This document shows, one piece after another, positions 1 through 14,300 of a stretch of 64,000 nucleotides of DNA (its first letter is position 1; each line of letters opens with the position of its first letter). The stretch is from positions 284,022,001 through 284,086,000 of the forward strand of contig OZ024742.1 in NCBI GenBank assembly GCA_964016885.1, in the 5' to 3' direction. The stretch is from Eledone cirrhosa. Its lineage: Eukaryota. Position numbers and translations under genes: made by a program. The notes under the pieces are model-generated. The model had not been told where the DNA came from. It saw only the letters and a list, made by a program, of their open reading frames with translations, and did no database searches.

Positions 1-800
1 TTGTTGGTCCTTGGCCCGTTAGTCGTGGGTTCACATACATATTGACTTGTATCGATCGTTTCTCTCGGTGGCCTGAAGCCATACCCTTAGTGGACATAAC
101 AGCAGAGTCCGTTACCCGAGCTTTCATTTCCAATTGGATTTCTCGCTTTGGTGTTCCTACTAAAATAACCACGGATCGTGGACGCCAATTTGAAGCTTCC
201 TTATTTCGTGAAATATCACGACTCTTGGGTGCTCATCACATTCATACGACCAGCTATCATCCAGCCTCCAATGGAATAGTCGAGAGGTTTCATAGACAGT
301 TGAAAGCTGCACTTCGCGCTACGTTGGACCGAATTTTTGCCAATCGTGCATCTTGGTTGTCGTTCTGCCATTAAGACAGATTTAGGTTTTTCTTCTGCTG
401 AACTTCTTTATTGTACCACGTTGTCTCTTCCTGGACAAATGTTAGCACCAGTGGATTCATCACATCTTGACCTAGCATCATATGTCACCAGGATTCGTTC
501 GTATTTCTCGGATCTTCCACCAATGAACCCTCGTGACCAATCTATTTCTTCTGCTGTCCCATGGGACATCTCTACGTGGACACACATTTTCATACGGAAT
601 GATTCCGTCAAGGGACCTTTTCGTGTGCTTTCGCACACACCAAAACACTTTACAGTGGCTGTCAATGGTCGAAAAGAGGTAATATCCGTTGACAGAGCAA
701 AGAAGGCTTTCTCTGAAAGTTTCACATCATTTCCTGACATACCTCGCACATACACTCCTACACCAACACCTTCACCTCCACCGCAAACACCACATACCAC
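1..800 (+). mobile_element. Ty3/Gypsy LTR retrotransposon, 3' part of pol (integrase core and C-terminal region), frameshifted
   Basis: ORF 42-374 has rve integrase motifs ([41 protein letters not shown]). It continues in another frame (ORF 337-) with a GPF motif (KGPFRVL...VISVDRAK). Confidence 0.9.
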
Positions 801-1108
801 ACAACCATGTCACACGAAGTGGCAGGACAGTAATATAGCCACGGAAACTCTCAAAAACAATATTCGTCTAACCCCTAGTAGCATTAACTATTTGACTTTG
901 AACAATTTTGAACTTATTTTGAACACTATTTTCCTTGCTCCCTTGTACTGTTTTGAATTGTATTGTTCCAGTTACATTTTTCTGCATGTTTATTTTCATA
1001 CTTTGCTTCTGTTACAAACCATTGTAATTTATGTACCTTTTGTTTTGCTTGCTCCTTATTCTACGGCTCCTGGCTACAATGACCTTACGGTTATTATCAA
1101 CTATCGTC

Positions 1109-1354
1109 TGGAGGGGAGCCTTGTAGCGACTAACGCCACCTTGCCCGGGGAGAAAAAACTAATTGGAGTTACTTCCCGTTGAATTCTAGAAGATTCCTTG
1201 AACTTCCAGTCTAGGGATTATAAAGGAGGGAGAAAAGAGACATCTTAGCTTATTTGGTGACCGGCTCTCGGACAGTTCACTCACGAGCGAGTTTGTTAAC
1301 ATTATTATATCTGTATCGAATTTAATTAGTGGTTGGCCTGCAGTGGCGTTTACC
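1109..1354 (+). mobile_element. Polypurine tract and probable 3' LTR of the Gypsy element
   Basis: Purine tract GGAGGGGAG at ~1109-1118 is followed by TGTAGCG at 1122. There is a TATAAA at ~1218 and a CA end at ~1354 with a partial inverted match (TAACGCCAC/GTGGCGTT). The 3' boundary is approximate. Confidence 0.6.
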
Positions 1355-1384
1355 AAAGTAAATAACCCTGTGACCAATTCACTA

Positions 1385-1655
1385 AAAGAAGAATGACACT
1401 GGCAGTTTTTCACTGCTCTGGAGTAGCACCGTTGTTCAGACAGAATTGAAAGAAGAGTGATAGCTGGTGCAGAAGAAGATACTCACCACGTTTGAGAAGC
1501 AGGTACGTAACACCATCAAGACCAGGAGAGGTATGGTTGCGTTTATTTTTAAGGTGACGTCGCAGTATTGTAGGTGTAAATTCCATAGTTGTAATAGAAT
1601 CCGATGTTAGAGGTGGTGGAGATGGTACACTTTGGTCTTCAAAAGTCAAAAACAT
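1385..1655 (-). mobile_element. Non-LTR retrotransposon fragment (CR1/L2/Jockey-like, pre-RT region)
   Basis: ORF 1410-1655 contains TSPGLDGVTYLLLK...LSLFFQFCLNNGATPEQ, the SPGxDG motif that precedes RT domain 1. Confidence 0.65.
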
Positions 1656-1699
1656 AGACTTAGTATGTTTTTAAAAGTTGGTAGAAGTGATTCTGTAGA

Positions 1700-1875
1700 G
1701 GCCACGCTAAAGGCCGGTAGAGCCTGTAGCAGTGGAGACTTCCGGCGTTCTTGGCCCCCGAACCACATCTTTACTCACTGCTATCGGAGCGGAGTTGGCT
1801 ACCCACAGGTGAGAGCCCCACGATGTGGAATGGCTGTTCCAGCGCGTCTCCCTCGCCGTCCTCCGGGACTTTGTA
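1700..1875 (+). mobile_element. CRE-clade-like non-LTR element, restriction-like endonuclease C-terminal fragment (copy 1)
   Basis: Translates to VEPVAVETSGVLGPRTTSLLTAIG...EWLFQRVSLAVLRG (with a stop and a frameshift). Similar to 4519-4752. Confidence 0.65.
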
Positions 1876-2414
1876 TGCTCCATCCTATCCGCCGGGACCA
1901 AGAAGCGGAGGGTAAGTTAGTTGGAAGTGGAGGATACTCGTTCGGACATCACACATTTCCTCTTCTCATCCCACTTTCACTACTACTAAGTGTTAAACAG
2001 CTTGTCAATGGCTCTCAGTGTCAGAAAAAGACAATGAGTTTGTGTGTTCTCTTAAATAGCCAAAACATGGCTCACAATCTACATGCTTAATTGACTAAAA
2101 TTTCTGACTCGCTAAAATATTACACGTAACATTGATTGGGAAAATGTTTCGTGTATTCTGTTTAACTAAGCCCTCTGAATGGCAAAGTAACACGTGGCAA
2201 TACAGTGAAACTAAACTGTTGTTGACATAATTTCGCTACAAATTGACTTGAGGATGCGTAACAAAGGTGTGGGCAAAGGCATAAAGAAAATTGCTGAACT
2301 TACATATATAAAATACATACTACAAACAATTGCGCACATATTACGTAAAATACTTTCTACATGATAAAAAAAACACAAAACTAAACAAAATACAACACAT
2401 ACCCAAGGGCGCGC

Positions 2415-2875
2415 TTTCTAACATTGGTACAAAGCTAACAATTTAGGGGAGAGTCGATTATATCAACTCCAGTACTTAACTGGTACATTATTTTATTGAC
2501 CCTGGAAGGATGAAAGGCAAAGTTGACCTCGGCAGGATCTGAACTCAAAATATAAAGAACCGTAACTAAATGTTTGCAAAGCATTTTATCTGACGCCGTA
2601 CCGACACTGCAAATGCACCGCCTAACGCTAAAGAATAATAATTGTTTCTACTTCAGGCACAAGGCCAGCAATTTTAGGGGGGAGGAACGTCAATTAAATT
2701 GACCCCAGTGCATTACTGGTGCTTTAGTATATTGACCCTGTCAGGATGAAAGACAAAGCTAACCTCGACGGGATTTGAACTTAAATAGTAAAGGGGCGTA
2801 ACACTATGCCATAAAGCATATTGTCTGACGCTCTACCGATACTGCCAATGCACCGCCTTACACTGAAAAATAATA
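2415..2875 (-). mobile_element. Two adjacent tRNA-derived SINE copies
   Basis: Each has a B-box (reverse complement of GGATTTGAACT) and a shared core (GGATGAAAGGCAAAGTTGACCTCGGC). The core recurs at ~7870-8030, 20930-21060, 39535-39720 and 56310-56490. Confidence 0.75.
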
Positions 2876-3289
2876 ATAATATCAAAAACAGTGTAACTAA
2901 ATAGAGCCATAGTGTTACGCCTCTTTACGATTTGAGTTCAAATCCCGCCGAGGTTAGCTTTAAGAAAAATTAACTGAGACTACTAAAGTCGCATAATTTA
3001 TTATAAATAAACCTACATGGAAGAAAGCATAACCTTTTATTCCTCAGTGCTATATTTGGCTTTGGATTATATCTGAAATTCTTTCGATGTCCAGGACATA
3101 AGTCGTATCTTTTATTTTAATACATTACATATTTAGTATAATAAAAGAGTCGCATATTCCCAGTCCCTGGTCTAACCACTTTGCTAATTGCTTAGTAGAA
3201 AAACGATTGAGTGAGTTAGATGGAACAGAATAAAACAAAAAGAAGTGATAAATACCAGACAATTGTGACATGTATGATTTCCACTTCAG

Positions 3290-3412
3290 AATCTCATCAA
3301 CAGAGCTGTAACATCAGTATATAGTATTGTTGAGGAAATATCTATTCTGAGAACTGACCACTTCAAACGACCTACTGTTCTACTTATTAAAATTGGATAT
3401 CTTCAACGTGAA
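3290..3412 (+). CDS. Gene A candidate exon (NLINRAV...GYLQRE)
   Basis: ttcag acceptor, gtaagt donor, 123 bp, only phase 0 is open. Confidence 0.55.
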
Positions 3413-6400
3413 GTAAGTATAAATGTTCTATTTTCTATCCATAGCATATGGGAGGTGCTAGAAAACAGATAGATAGATAGATAGATAGATAGATAGCTCT
3501 GGTCATCCCTCCCTGCTCTCTGGTCACTTGTTACAGTAAACTGTCAGTGATTAGAGCTTACATAATGAATTTATTATTTTGTTTAGTTTGAAGATTCTTC
3601 TCATTTTATTAGTTACTTAATTGCATGTGAAACCTTGTTTAACCTCTAATCATTGATCCGAATCGACAAGATGTCAGACCTCATTCGCTTACCGAATTTT
3701 CATTGGTCTTACAATTACTGATACTATCTACCGGTCATAATTCCTGGCAGAAGGAGCAACATGAAATAAAGCGACTTGTTTAAGGACACAACGCATCACT
3801 CGGTCCAGGAATCAAACTCACAATCTCATGTTTGTGAATCTAACTCTCTAACCACTAATCAAGCATTGTCATTGTTGTTGTTTAGCCCCAGGTCAGCTCT
3901 GATTGAGCAGACCTATGATCCACAGCATTCAAACCATGACCATCCTGTGTTTTTTGATATCGTAGACTACTTTATTTGATGTACCAATTTTTAAAACAGT
4001 GGGGCATGCTTTGGGGAAAATTTGGATGTGATTTCTAGCAGGTTGAGCGACCATATTGGTTTGTCTCATATCAAGATGTGAATTCATTAATTCTATAACA
4101 CTCTTTCATCCCATTTGGTCTGACAGTGAGGCTCCACATCTTATTTGTTTTAATGGAGCAAGGGCAACTCCTTAATAGAAAAAAATCTTCAAGAATATCA
4201 AGTCTTTGTGAATATCAATAAAGAGAAAAAAAAGGAAATGAGCTGAGCATCAGGTCGAAGAAAGAAACTATGCTTCCATTGGTCTTTCCATTGTCGATAC
4301 TATCTGCTGGCCACAACACCTGCCAGAAAGATGCAAGATTTGTATTCAGAACGCTCAAAAGCATGAATGGCAAATTTGGCCTCTGTAAGTGAACCTGAAC
4401 AAATACCGAGGCATTTAATTGTCAGTTCACAGTAGCATGACAATCTTCCCATTCCGCAATAGTAGGGCCCCTTTTCTGAGATGCTACATGTTGTGACACC
4501 TTCTCCAGCAGCAATCTGGTGCATTCGGCTACCAGCCCAGGCGTCGCTGCTCGTCAGGTCAAAGAGGGTAAACTCTCGAAGTATCGGTCGCTCTCCGATA
4601 GATTTGTAGTTGAACTTGTGACAGTGGAGACTTCCAGCGTTCTTGGCCCCAGAACGATATCCATACTCATTACTATAGGGGCGCAGTTGGTTACGCGTGA
4701 GAGTGAGCCCCGTGAGTTGAAGTGGCTGTGCCAGTATCTCTCCCTCAACATCTTCACTGGAACCATGAGGTGAACCAACACTTAATCAGTGAATAACAAA
4801 CATTGGATGTTTGTTTTTGTCATAAATATATGTTGACTATGTGAAGGTGCATGGTTTTGTGGTTATGGTATTCGGCTCATGATCGTAAGATTGTGAGTTC
4901 GATTCCCTGCAGCTCGATGTGTCCTTCAGCAAGACACTTTATTTCACGTTGCTCCAGTCCACTCAGCTGGCAAAAATTAGTTGTACTTGTAATTCGAAGG
5001 GCCAGCCTTGTCACATTCTGTGTCACGCTAAATCCCCCTGAGAACTACGTTAAAGGTATGCATGTCTGTGAAATGCTCAGCCACTTGTACATTAATTTCA
5101 TAAGCAGGCTGTTCAGTTGATTGTGTCAACAGAAATACTCGTCGTCGTAACCGATGGAGTACCACTACAGTGTTGACTATCTAACTGACTGAAGCATAGT
5201 TATATATTGTATGTGTTGGACCTTCTGTTGATTCCGACGAGTTTTCCAGTTGTTCGAACAACAGATCAGCCTGCTTATGAAATTAACCTGCAAGTGGCTG
5301 AGCATTATGACAAGGGTGTCCCGTTGAATTACTGGTGCAATTCATTTTTTGACAGCTGAGTGGACTGGTGTAACATGAAATAAAGTCAGTTGTTCAAATA
5401 CACAACGCTCCGCCAGGAATCGAACTCACGACCTTGCAATTATAAGCCTGAACATGCTAACCACCAAGCCACACACCTTCACCTAATTATATTGAGTGTC
5501 TTCTTTTTAGGTTAACTTTTACTGCAACCAATTAAAGACAGTCTTCGCTTTTGATCGCTTCTCCTTTCCACTGCCATATTTACAAGTCGGAGGTGATAAG
5601 AAGTTCCTAGCTAGCAACAGGATAGGACTCCCTGTTTTGTTGTCACTGGATTTAAAAGATTACGAAAGGTCAGTAAGTCAGGTTAATATATTCTTTCATA
5701 TCACTGGACATGATAGAATTTAGAGAATACATATTGCTAGTGGCAGTACCTGGGTATTTGTGTGTCCCCTTTCCTCAGTTATACACCCATTTTTCGAAAT
5801 AAAATAATTTGAACTTAAGAAAATAACTAAACCTGCATTTTCTACTTCACAGTTCACACACACCCATGCCAAATTATGTTGCAGGTCATAATACCATGTG
5901 ACCCTCTCCAGCACTTTAGATATTTCCACAACACTGCTATGTGGCAATGTTTAGTGATGTATTTATCAATTGCAGGAAATGATTACAAAGGGGATAAAGA
6001 TACCATAACTCCTTGTGGTGTCATAGAGGCACTGTCATACGGCATGTCTAGGGCACTTTTAAACCTGGTGGAGCCCAACCCTCTCCAGGTCTGAACACAG
6101 ACGATTTTTTTCTGTGTTGGTGGAAGCTGTGGCAGAGGATGGGGAGGGTGTGGAGGAGGAGGAGGATGTGAACTTAAACATTTCTAAGCATCTCTTAGAT
6201 ACTAAACCCATCAGTCTGTCCACATCCTAGTTTGTAGATTATGATGTATTTAATATTGTGGGCTATGGTACAGACCTGCCAACAGGGCCTCCAAGAGAAA
6301 TTTTGGAAAGTGGTACAAGACCCCTTTTGGGCACGAAGCAGGCAAAGATTTTTCTCAAAATGGATGTTGCATGGTTGCTGTGGGGGCCTTCTTAGTTCTT

Positions 6401-9400
6401 AGTACTTGGGCCCCGGAACAAAGTACCGACTGGACCCCCCCCCCCTCTGCCTGCCAACCTCTAAAAACCCAAATGCAGAGTACCATGAAAAAAGTGCCCA
6501 AATGAGACAAAATGGGGAGGTTTTACATAATGACAGCTATACCCATTTTCATAAGAGAAGACATCTCTCTCACCCAACCCAAACTGGGTGGGAGTTCTCC
6601 TCGTTGGATAGGGAGAGTTCACAGGTCTGTATAGTGTATTAAATATCTTCTAGTGTGGACTGTCACTGATGCTTTTAATATCTTCTAGCTTGTCGGTTAT
6701 GACTGATGACTTAAAATTGAATACTTCCTTGTAAGGAATTTTATTGGGGAAAGGGGGTAATTTTGATCTCCTCATTTAGTGGTGTCGATCTATTTCACAG
6801 GAAGCGTCTGTTGAAAAATTACCTGGTCCTCTCTATCCGACCTGATATGTGTCCTTCTCATATAGAATGGGAATACAACGGATTATCATATTGCTCCTGG
6901 GATAAAGAAAGCAGTGATTATAACAAACTTTTCTATGGTGAAGTTTCAGATATAAAGGTAACGTTTTATTGGTTTTTGTTTGAATAAAATCATATTTCTT
7001 TCCATTGTTCCAGATTAACAAAGATAGATAGACAGACAGACAGGCAGACAAACAGATAGATAGATAGATGGATGGATGGATAACGATATTCGTAGCATTT
7101 GCAAAGGTTACTGGCTGGTTTCATGAAGAATCAGATTTTAATGGAATTTACATACTCTTTGCGTCTGATGCTGCATTTCGTCAGACCTTAATATATTTAC
7201 AAATGACTGATCAATATTTTACGAGAAATCTCGAAAGTCATACAGTATCTGTGAGCAGAGATAGAAAGAAGGAAATAAACAAACCGGGGTTGATAATTCT
7301 TGTTTTAGTTACTTGTGATAGACAGAGCAGTTGTGTGTTGGGTGGATGTTTGGATAGTGAATTGTATATTTTGAAGATGATGTATAAAGTTGAAAAATAT
7401 CGTTCCTAAAGTTGAAGATGCTTAAAAGTGGTATCAACCACACAGGATCTGCCCGATGGGGTAGGTGGAAGATCAGCGACTGGTATTTCCTAGAGACGAG
7501 CATAGCTGTATGGATTCAAGAGATGCAGGTTTTCCCCTACTGAAAAGATCTTAATTCTCCAAGAACTGAACTCCTATAATGAACATCTCCATTCCAAGAC
7601 ATATTTACATCTTATTCTCATTCTAGAAAATATCTACTTGCTTCTTAGAAGTATCATTCTCTACATTGCCATCCACCCCAGCCAGCAAACTCAATGGTAT
7701 TGAAAACTTCTTTTAAGCCTATTCAACCTTATAGGATAGGATAAAGATCCCATATCTCCTTGTGGAGTCGTAGAGGTACTGTCAAACGGCGTGTCTAGGG
7801 CACTTTTAAACCTGGCGGAGCCCAACCCACTCCAGGTCTGAACACAACTGATTTTTTCTATAGAGGAAGAATTGACCCCAGTATTGGACTGGTACTTTTT
7901 TTATCGACCTCGAAACGATGAAAGGCAAAGTTGACCCTGGCAGGATTTGAACTCAGAGCGCTCAATGAGGTGGGATGAATACCATAAAGCATTCTATCCA
8001 ATGTTTTAATGACTCACCCGATTCGCCGCCTATATAACCTTATATAGTCCTTTAAAAACTATGGCCACAAACCTTATTTTATCGCTAATCTTTGACAAAG
8101 GTAAATCTTTAAATTATTTCTAATTACAAGTGCTGCTAATCCATAATCTCTGTCTAATCACTTACCCTTGATAATCCCATACTCTTTCCTTCTCTCTCTG
8201 TCTTTCCTCCTTTCTCTCCTCATACCATCTCTCTCCTCCCTTATCTCTCATTTCTTTCTCCTTTCTCTCTGTCTTTCCTCCCTCCTCTCTCATTCTCATT
8301 CTCTTCCAACTCTGTGTCTTTCATCAGTTAATCATGATTAACTCTCTCTCAGTTAATCATATCTAAAACATACCATTCCAAACGTCTTAGTCTTTTCTAA
8401 TTCTATCTTATCTCTAATCTTCTCAAATCCCCCATTAAATTCACCAAAGTCTACCGCAGAAGAACTTGCAAAAGAAACCAATCTTTCAGCAGAATTTTCT
8501 TTCTTGGAGTACGACTCAAAAGGTAGGTCACTAGATGGTGCCTTACTCACTCTTGGATACAGCATCTTCTTACTTAGAATTTGGAAGGTGGGGGCTGCTT
8601 AAGGTCATCATTATAATCCTCATCATCATCATCATCATCATCACTACCCCTCATTAACACTATTACTCCTCACCACCACCACCACACAATCCCACAACAA
8701 ACTGGATCCAATTCATTCTGTAAAGTGATAATTTTAGACCCACAATAAAATTCTGTAAAATGGTAGTGCTGGTGCCACAATAAAATTCACCCACTACACT
8801 CTGTAAAGTGGTAGTACTGATGTTACATAAAAATGTACCCTGTACACTCTGTAAAGTAGTAGCACTGGTGTCAATAAAATGCACTACTACCCTCTTTATA
8901 GTGGGAGAGCTGGTTCCACAATAAAATGCGCCCCTCTACAATGATAAAATGCACATAATATTCTCTACAAAGTGGTTGGTGATAGGAAGGGCATCCAGCT
9001 GGAGAAACCATACCAAAAATGAAACATGAGCAAGACGTGGCTCTTCAACCCATTTGTCTTGGATTGTGCCAACCCATCTGACCCATGCCATCATGAAAGG
9101 AGGGCATTAGATGATGATGGTGATGAGAAGGAGGATGAATCCCATTTTCCTGAATCTCCTTATGAATTAAAGACCCTATATTACTAATGTAGAAAAAAAT
9201 CAATATTTCTCTTCCCTTCTACAGGAGCAGTGATTACAGAATTGGCAACAATCTATCAAAACAGTACATTTATTGCAATGGTTCCAGACATTCCTACGGC
9301 AGATGACATTTACCAAAATTCTGAGAGTAAATTCCTCAATAATCTGGCAATCACAGTTAATCGATTTGACCATGTTTATATCCGGAAACTTTTGAAAAGT

Positions 9401-11321
9401 CCAGAGTTCCTTCGATTCCAGTATATTGGTAAGTGCATTAGATTTTGTTTAGAGGTGAAGCTTATGATTTTTTGGGGAAAGCCAGTGCAATACAAGTTTG
9501 AAATACAAGAGTGTAAAGTAGAATAGAGTAAAGTAAGAAAAACTAAATAAAACAGCAGTTTAAACTTTTACCTTATATTTCAATATATTTTGAAGTTAGT
9601 ACCTCTTTTACAAAAGAAAAAAGTGGAGTGTGGTTTTGATGACAAATAGTGCTCCACTGTGAAGAAATTGGGCCAGCATATTTGGTAACATGTGCAGACT
9701 GGTATAATCATAATAACCAATCTTACGAAAATGTATCTAGTATAGTTTGAAAACAAACAAATGGGTTTGAATGGGATGGTTTGAGACAATGCTTTACAAC
9801 CATAAGTCCTTCTTGATCCCAACTCTTTTAGTCACCTTTTATAACATGCAGGGATACAGTGTACCTATTCTAAAAGCAAGGTACACACAGAAATATATAT
9901 TTTAATTTTATTTCTCTTCTGGTTGCAGGTTATGAATCTTTCTTGAAACTGGTTGAATCAAACTCCAGGCAACAACTGAACTCTATGTTAGGCATTCTGT
10001 TATCCCTCAGTATTTCCACATTCATTCTCCAGCCATCAGCAAAGGTAACATTCTAGTCACATTGATGCCACCTGTCCTCTGATACATCATCTTTCTAAAT
10101 TCATTACATTAAACCAGAGGTTCTCAAACTTTAGGGCCACCGCCCCCTCACAGCCACGTTATACCCTCAGCACCACCGCCACCCCATGCCCCATCCCAAT
10201 TTTCTGAGAGATCTGCCTACATGCAAATTGTAAATAATATATAATAAATAAAATCGTTAATTTACATACAGTGAAATTCCGTTATAACAAAATTCAAGGG
10301 TTAAAAAAAAATTAATAACGAGATCGAGCTAACACATCGAGCATGTGGCCAGGGATTGAAAAGATTTTATACTGAAAAATTTGTTATAATGGAATTCAAT
10401 ATAATGGAATTTTTGCTGTATAATAAATAATATATACCAGGGGTGTGCAACTGGCAGCAACTCAGGGTTACCAAAGAAGACTCTACAAATTTATGGTAGC
10501 CATGTGGCATGTAAGAAATTATTACTTAATCTGTAAAAGATAGACAATATTTACAACCCTTCCTTGTAGTTGTTTCACTATGCAAAGGTATGGAGACAAA
10601 TCAATCTAGTGAGAATAGCTATAATATGACTTTATATAGTACAAAGCAGCAACATATGTTTGAAAATTGATTGAGACCCAGTTTGAAATGGATTTTTGTA
10701 AATCTAGTATTATTTAGAGACAAACACACACACACATACATATCATATATATGTGTGTGTGTGTATATAGATATACTAGCTGCAGTACCCGGTAATACCC
10801 GGGAAAGGTGGGGTTATTCGCAGTTCCCAGAGTGCACCTGAAAATGTTAGCAACCCTGGGTGCCCATACTCGATTTTCAATAGTAACCTTTGCTAGGTGT
10901 GTTTATGGCAGATCAATTTTTTGTGGGGAACTATCAATAGCTGTTTAAGTCATAAATCCTTCTTCCATCCAGCTTTCTTCATTCAGAATGAATAAGCTGG
11001 GGAAGTTTGAGCTCGAAGAGTATCAAACTTATTCAACAAACTTATTGCCTTAGCGCTCAAGAACAAACACAAAACAATTGAGGAAGTCATTGCGATTATT
11101 GAAGAAATTATAACCGAGTGAACATATTCAGGTACTGTTCAAGCACCCTGTATATCATCGTTTATAAAGCCCTTCGAATGACTGAAGCAATTCAAAAGAA
11201 CCATCCTGTTTTCCCCCTATAGTAGACATAACCCAAGAAAACACACTATAATAAGTCTCTACGACTCCACAAGGAGTTATGGGATCTTTATCCTTTATTT
11301 TATATATATAAATATAAATAT

Positions 11322-11364
<43 letters not shown>

Positions 11365-14300
11365 CAAGTCGGTCTGTGTGTGTCTGTGTACAAATACTAG
11401 GCTCCTTTTAACTTTTGAAGTACTAGGCCGATTTGGCACGTGCTATTGAGGCGACCTCTCATTGGCTAGCTGACATGCACTCAGAAATTGGTAGCTAAGC
11501 CATAAACGACCTTGAACAATTCAGGCTGTCATTCATTTCCTGAGCAACATCTGCTAGTATATATATATCAAGGCAACAGATTGATTTGTGATAAAAGTCC
11601 TAACCCTTTGCATTCTGAGTTCAAACCTGCTGAAATCAACTTTGCTTTTTATCTTCTTGTGGTGAATAAAAAAAGTACCAGTTCAATCCCCCCCCTCTCT
11701 CTCTCTCTCTCTCTTTATATATATATATGTATATATGTATATATAGAGAGTGAGAGACTGAGATAGATAGATAGATAAGTGAGTGAGTGTGTGTATATGT
11801 ATGTGTATCACTAACATACATGCACAGACACATATATACACACATGGAAACTCTTCCAAACATTTGCATTACAAATCTATGTATGTTTTAAATGTTTAGA
11901 TCCTTTCCTTGGCAATGGTGACATTTTACCCAGAATTCCGGTGGAATCTCTATCCAACAGGCCAACAGGAATTAAATCAGGTATTTTCATTTAGTTTTCA
12001 ATCTTAGTGGAAGATCTCACAGTTGTTATTACATTAATCCTTTAGCATTTACATTACTCTATATTTACTATTATATTTTCATGATAAAGGTTTTACCTCA
12101 CATAATTATCTCACATAATATCAAATCTATGAGATTTTGATGTTATTTATTTTGAAATCAATACCTTAACATCAGTATGTATTCAGTTATGGCCAGTTTG
12201 AACATAAAGAGGTGAGAGAATTCTGGCCGGAAACTGCCAGTTTAAATGCTAAAGGGTTAAGGGTGCAGGCAGGGTGTGGTTAAAATGTTCATGTTGCAAC
12301 AATGATACCAGATTCAATTTCATGTACAAGCATTTTCTACCATAGCTTTGGGTTGGCCACTGCCTTGTGAGTGGAATAATAGAAATTGTGTAGATGTCAT
12401 AAATGCCAAGTCCTTTTCCTTTTATAGGTCCTTGCTGCCCTACAATTTTGTTGGCATCTACTAATATTGCTTTCCTATAGATTTCTTTCAGATCAGACAG
12501 TCATCCATTAAATGTTTTCAAGATAACCGAGAGAAAAATACTCTTCAAAGTAAGTTATCATCGTTATCACCACCAGCACCATCATCATCATCAACATTTT
12601 TATGTCTGTCTTTTTCCATATTGTAAGTATTCAGACCAAATCTCCACTTTTAGGATGCCTTTCCCACTCCAGTGTTAGAGGCCCTGAAAATTGTCATTGG
12701 CACTGCCTTCCCTCCTTTGCTAAACATTGTAAATGGTAAGATGTGATTTGAAGGAGATATAGGTATCTAGGACTACATTAGTTAATGTATCCTTTCAAGA
12801 GTTACGGCCCTTTATGTTCAGAGTTCAAATCCCGCCGAGGTTAACTATCTTTCATCCTTACCAGTAATACACTAGGATAATTGCTGGCCTTGTGCCAAAA
12901 GTAGAAACAATTATTTACCTTGAAAGAAGGTGATCTCCGACTTGCACTTGATGTCGAGTGCTACATGGCTGGAATGAAAATCAGTGCTGCAAAAACTGAG
13001 ACACTTGTCATCTCAAGGAAGCTGTGCAGTGCACTCTACATGTGAATGTAGTTCCACTGAAGCAGGTGGAGAAGTTTAAGTATCTCAGGGCCATGTTCAT
13101 GAGTGATGGAAGGCAGGAGGCTAAATTAAGTGCAAGAATTGCAGGAGTTGGTGCAGAAATACGCCAGCTTCAGCATTCAGTAATCAGAAGGGAGGTAAGC
13201 GTAAAATCCAAAGTCGATATCTTCAATTCGATATTCGTGCCAAGTATGAAAAATAGATAATAAACAGTGATGATGAAACAGTATTGGAATCCTTCATTCA
13301 GTTTATTGTATTTATTGCACAAACCTATAAAATAAACATTTATGTTTCAGAATAGCCGAACTGATGAATATATTCAAGTAATGACTGCTGTAAAAGGTCC
13401 TTTCTATACAGAAACTGGAGATCTTTACCCTTGGAATCTTGTTCGTATCGATGTGAAGAGCCTCATACGTCAGGTATGAATAACTTACAAAGTAAAATCA
13501 AGGAAACAGTTTAACCCTTCTGTGATAATCCAAAGTAAATGTTGCACCTCTTCCTACCTGTACTCATGTGAGGTGGGGGGTTGAGCCTTGGGGTACTATC
13601 CCCTTCTCTCATTCAACCTCTTGCAACCCCTCTGCTCACAGGTCCTATAAATATTTTTCATTTGTGAAGTTTTTAATCTTAGCTCTCACTAATAATTACA
13701 AATCTTTCAGAAAAATCTCATGTTTTTTTTCCTTCTTTATCTTCATCATATCATTGTTACATTTCAAAGGTGGATCACCACTTTGAATCCTTTCGTGATG
13801 GCCATTCCAGGAAGTACAGTCTTCATTGTAACTCTACCAAGACTCGCCATTATGATGTATATCTTAAACGTAAAACTGATGGTTTCATCATACCCTATGG
13901 GGATGTTCATAGTAAGTACATGCAAATTCCTTATGAATTTCAAACAGATTTTAAATGTCAGTGTATGAGCTTAAACCCATTTTCATAACTTTAAATTAAT
14001 AAGCAATAATTATCTCCCTGGATAGCATGCCATTCTTTATTTTATATATTTTTTATTTTGCAGCTGTAACTTTAATCACACTTCTTAGGTCAGGACTTTT
14101 ACCAGAAATCCGTCACCGGCTATATAAGAACTTTCTCCAGCTTCCACTTTATGAAGATATGGCACCGTGGAACATAGGTACAACAATCACTTCTCTCTCA
14201 TCACACTTGACAGCAAATTGATGTTTCATTAGTCTAACTGCTTTGATACCAAACTGCCTGAAATCACCCCTGTTTGTATGACACTAAAATGTTTATATTT

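Noticed and set aside
800-1182. Hydrophobic extension of ORF 337-1182 as an env-like gene
   Set aside because: Read-through into the T-rich 3' UTR, PPT and LTR; no env features.
4843-4915. tRNA gene
   Set aside because: A and B boxes are present, but there is no full cloverleaf and the sequence runs into a repeated SINE body.
8353-8565. 70-aa ORF as an exon or gene
   Set aside because: No convincing splice sites or motif, and it is not needed for gene A phase continuity.
12428-12480. Alternative upstream acceptor for the 12481 exon
   Set aside because: Gives an in-frame TAA before the donor.
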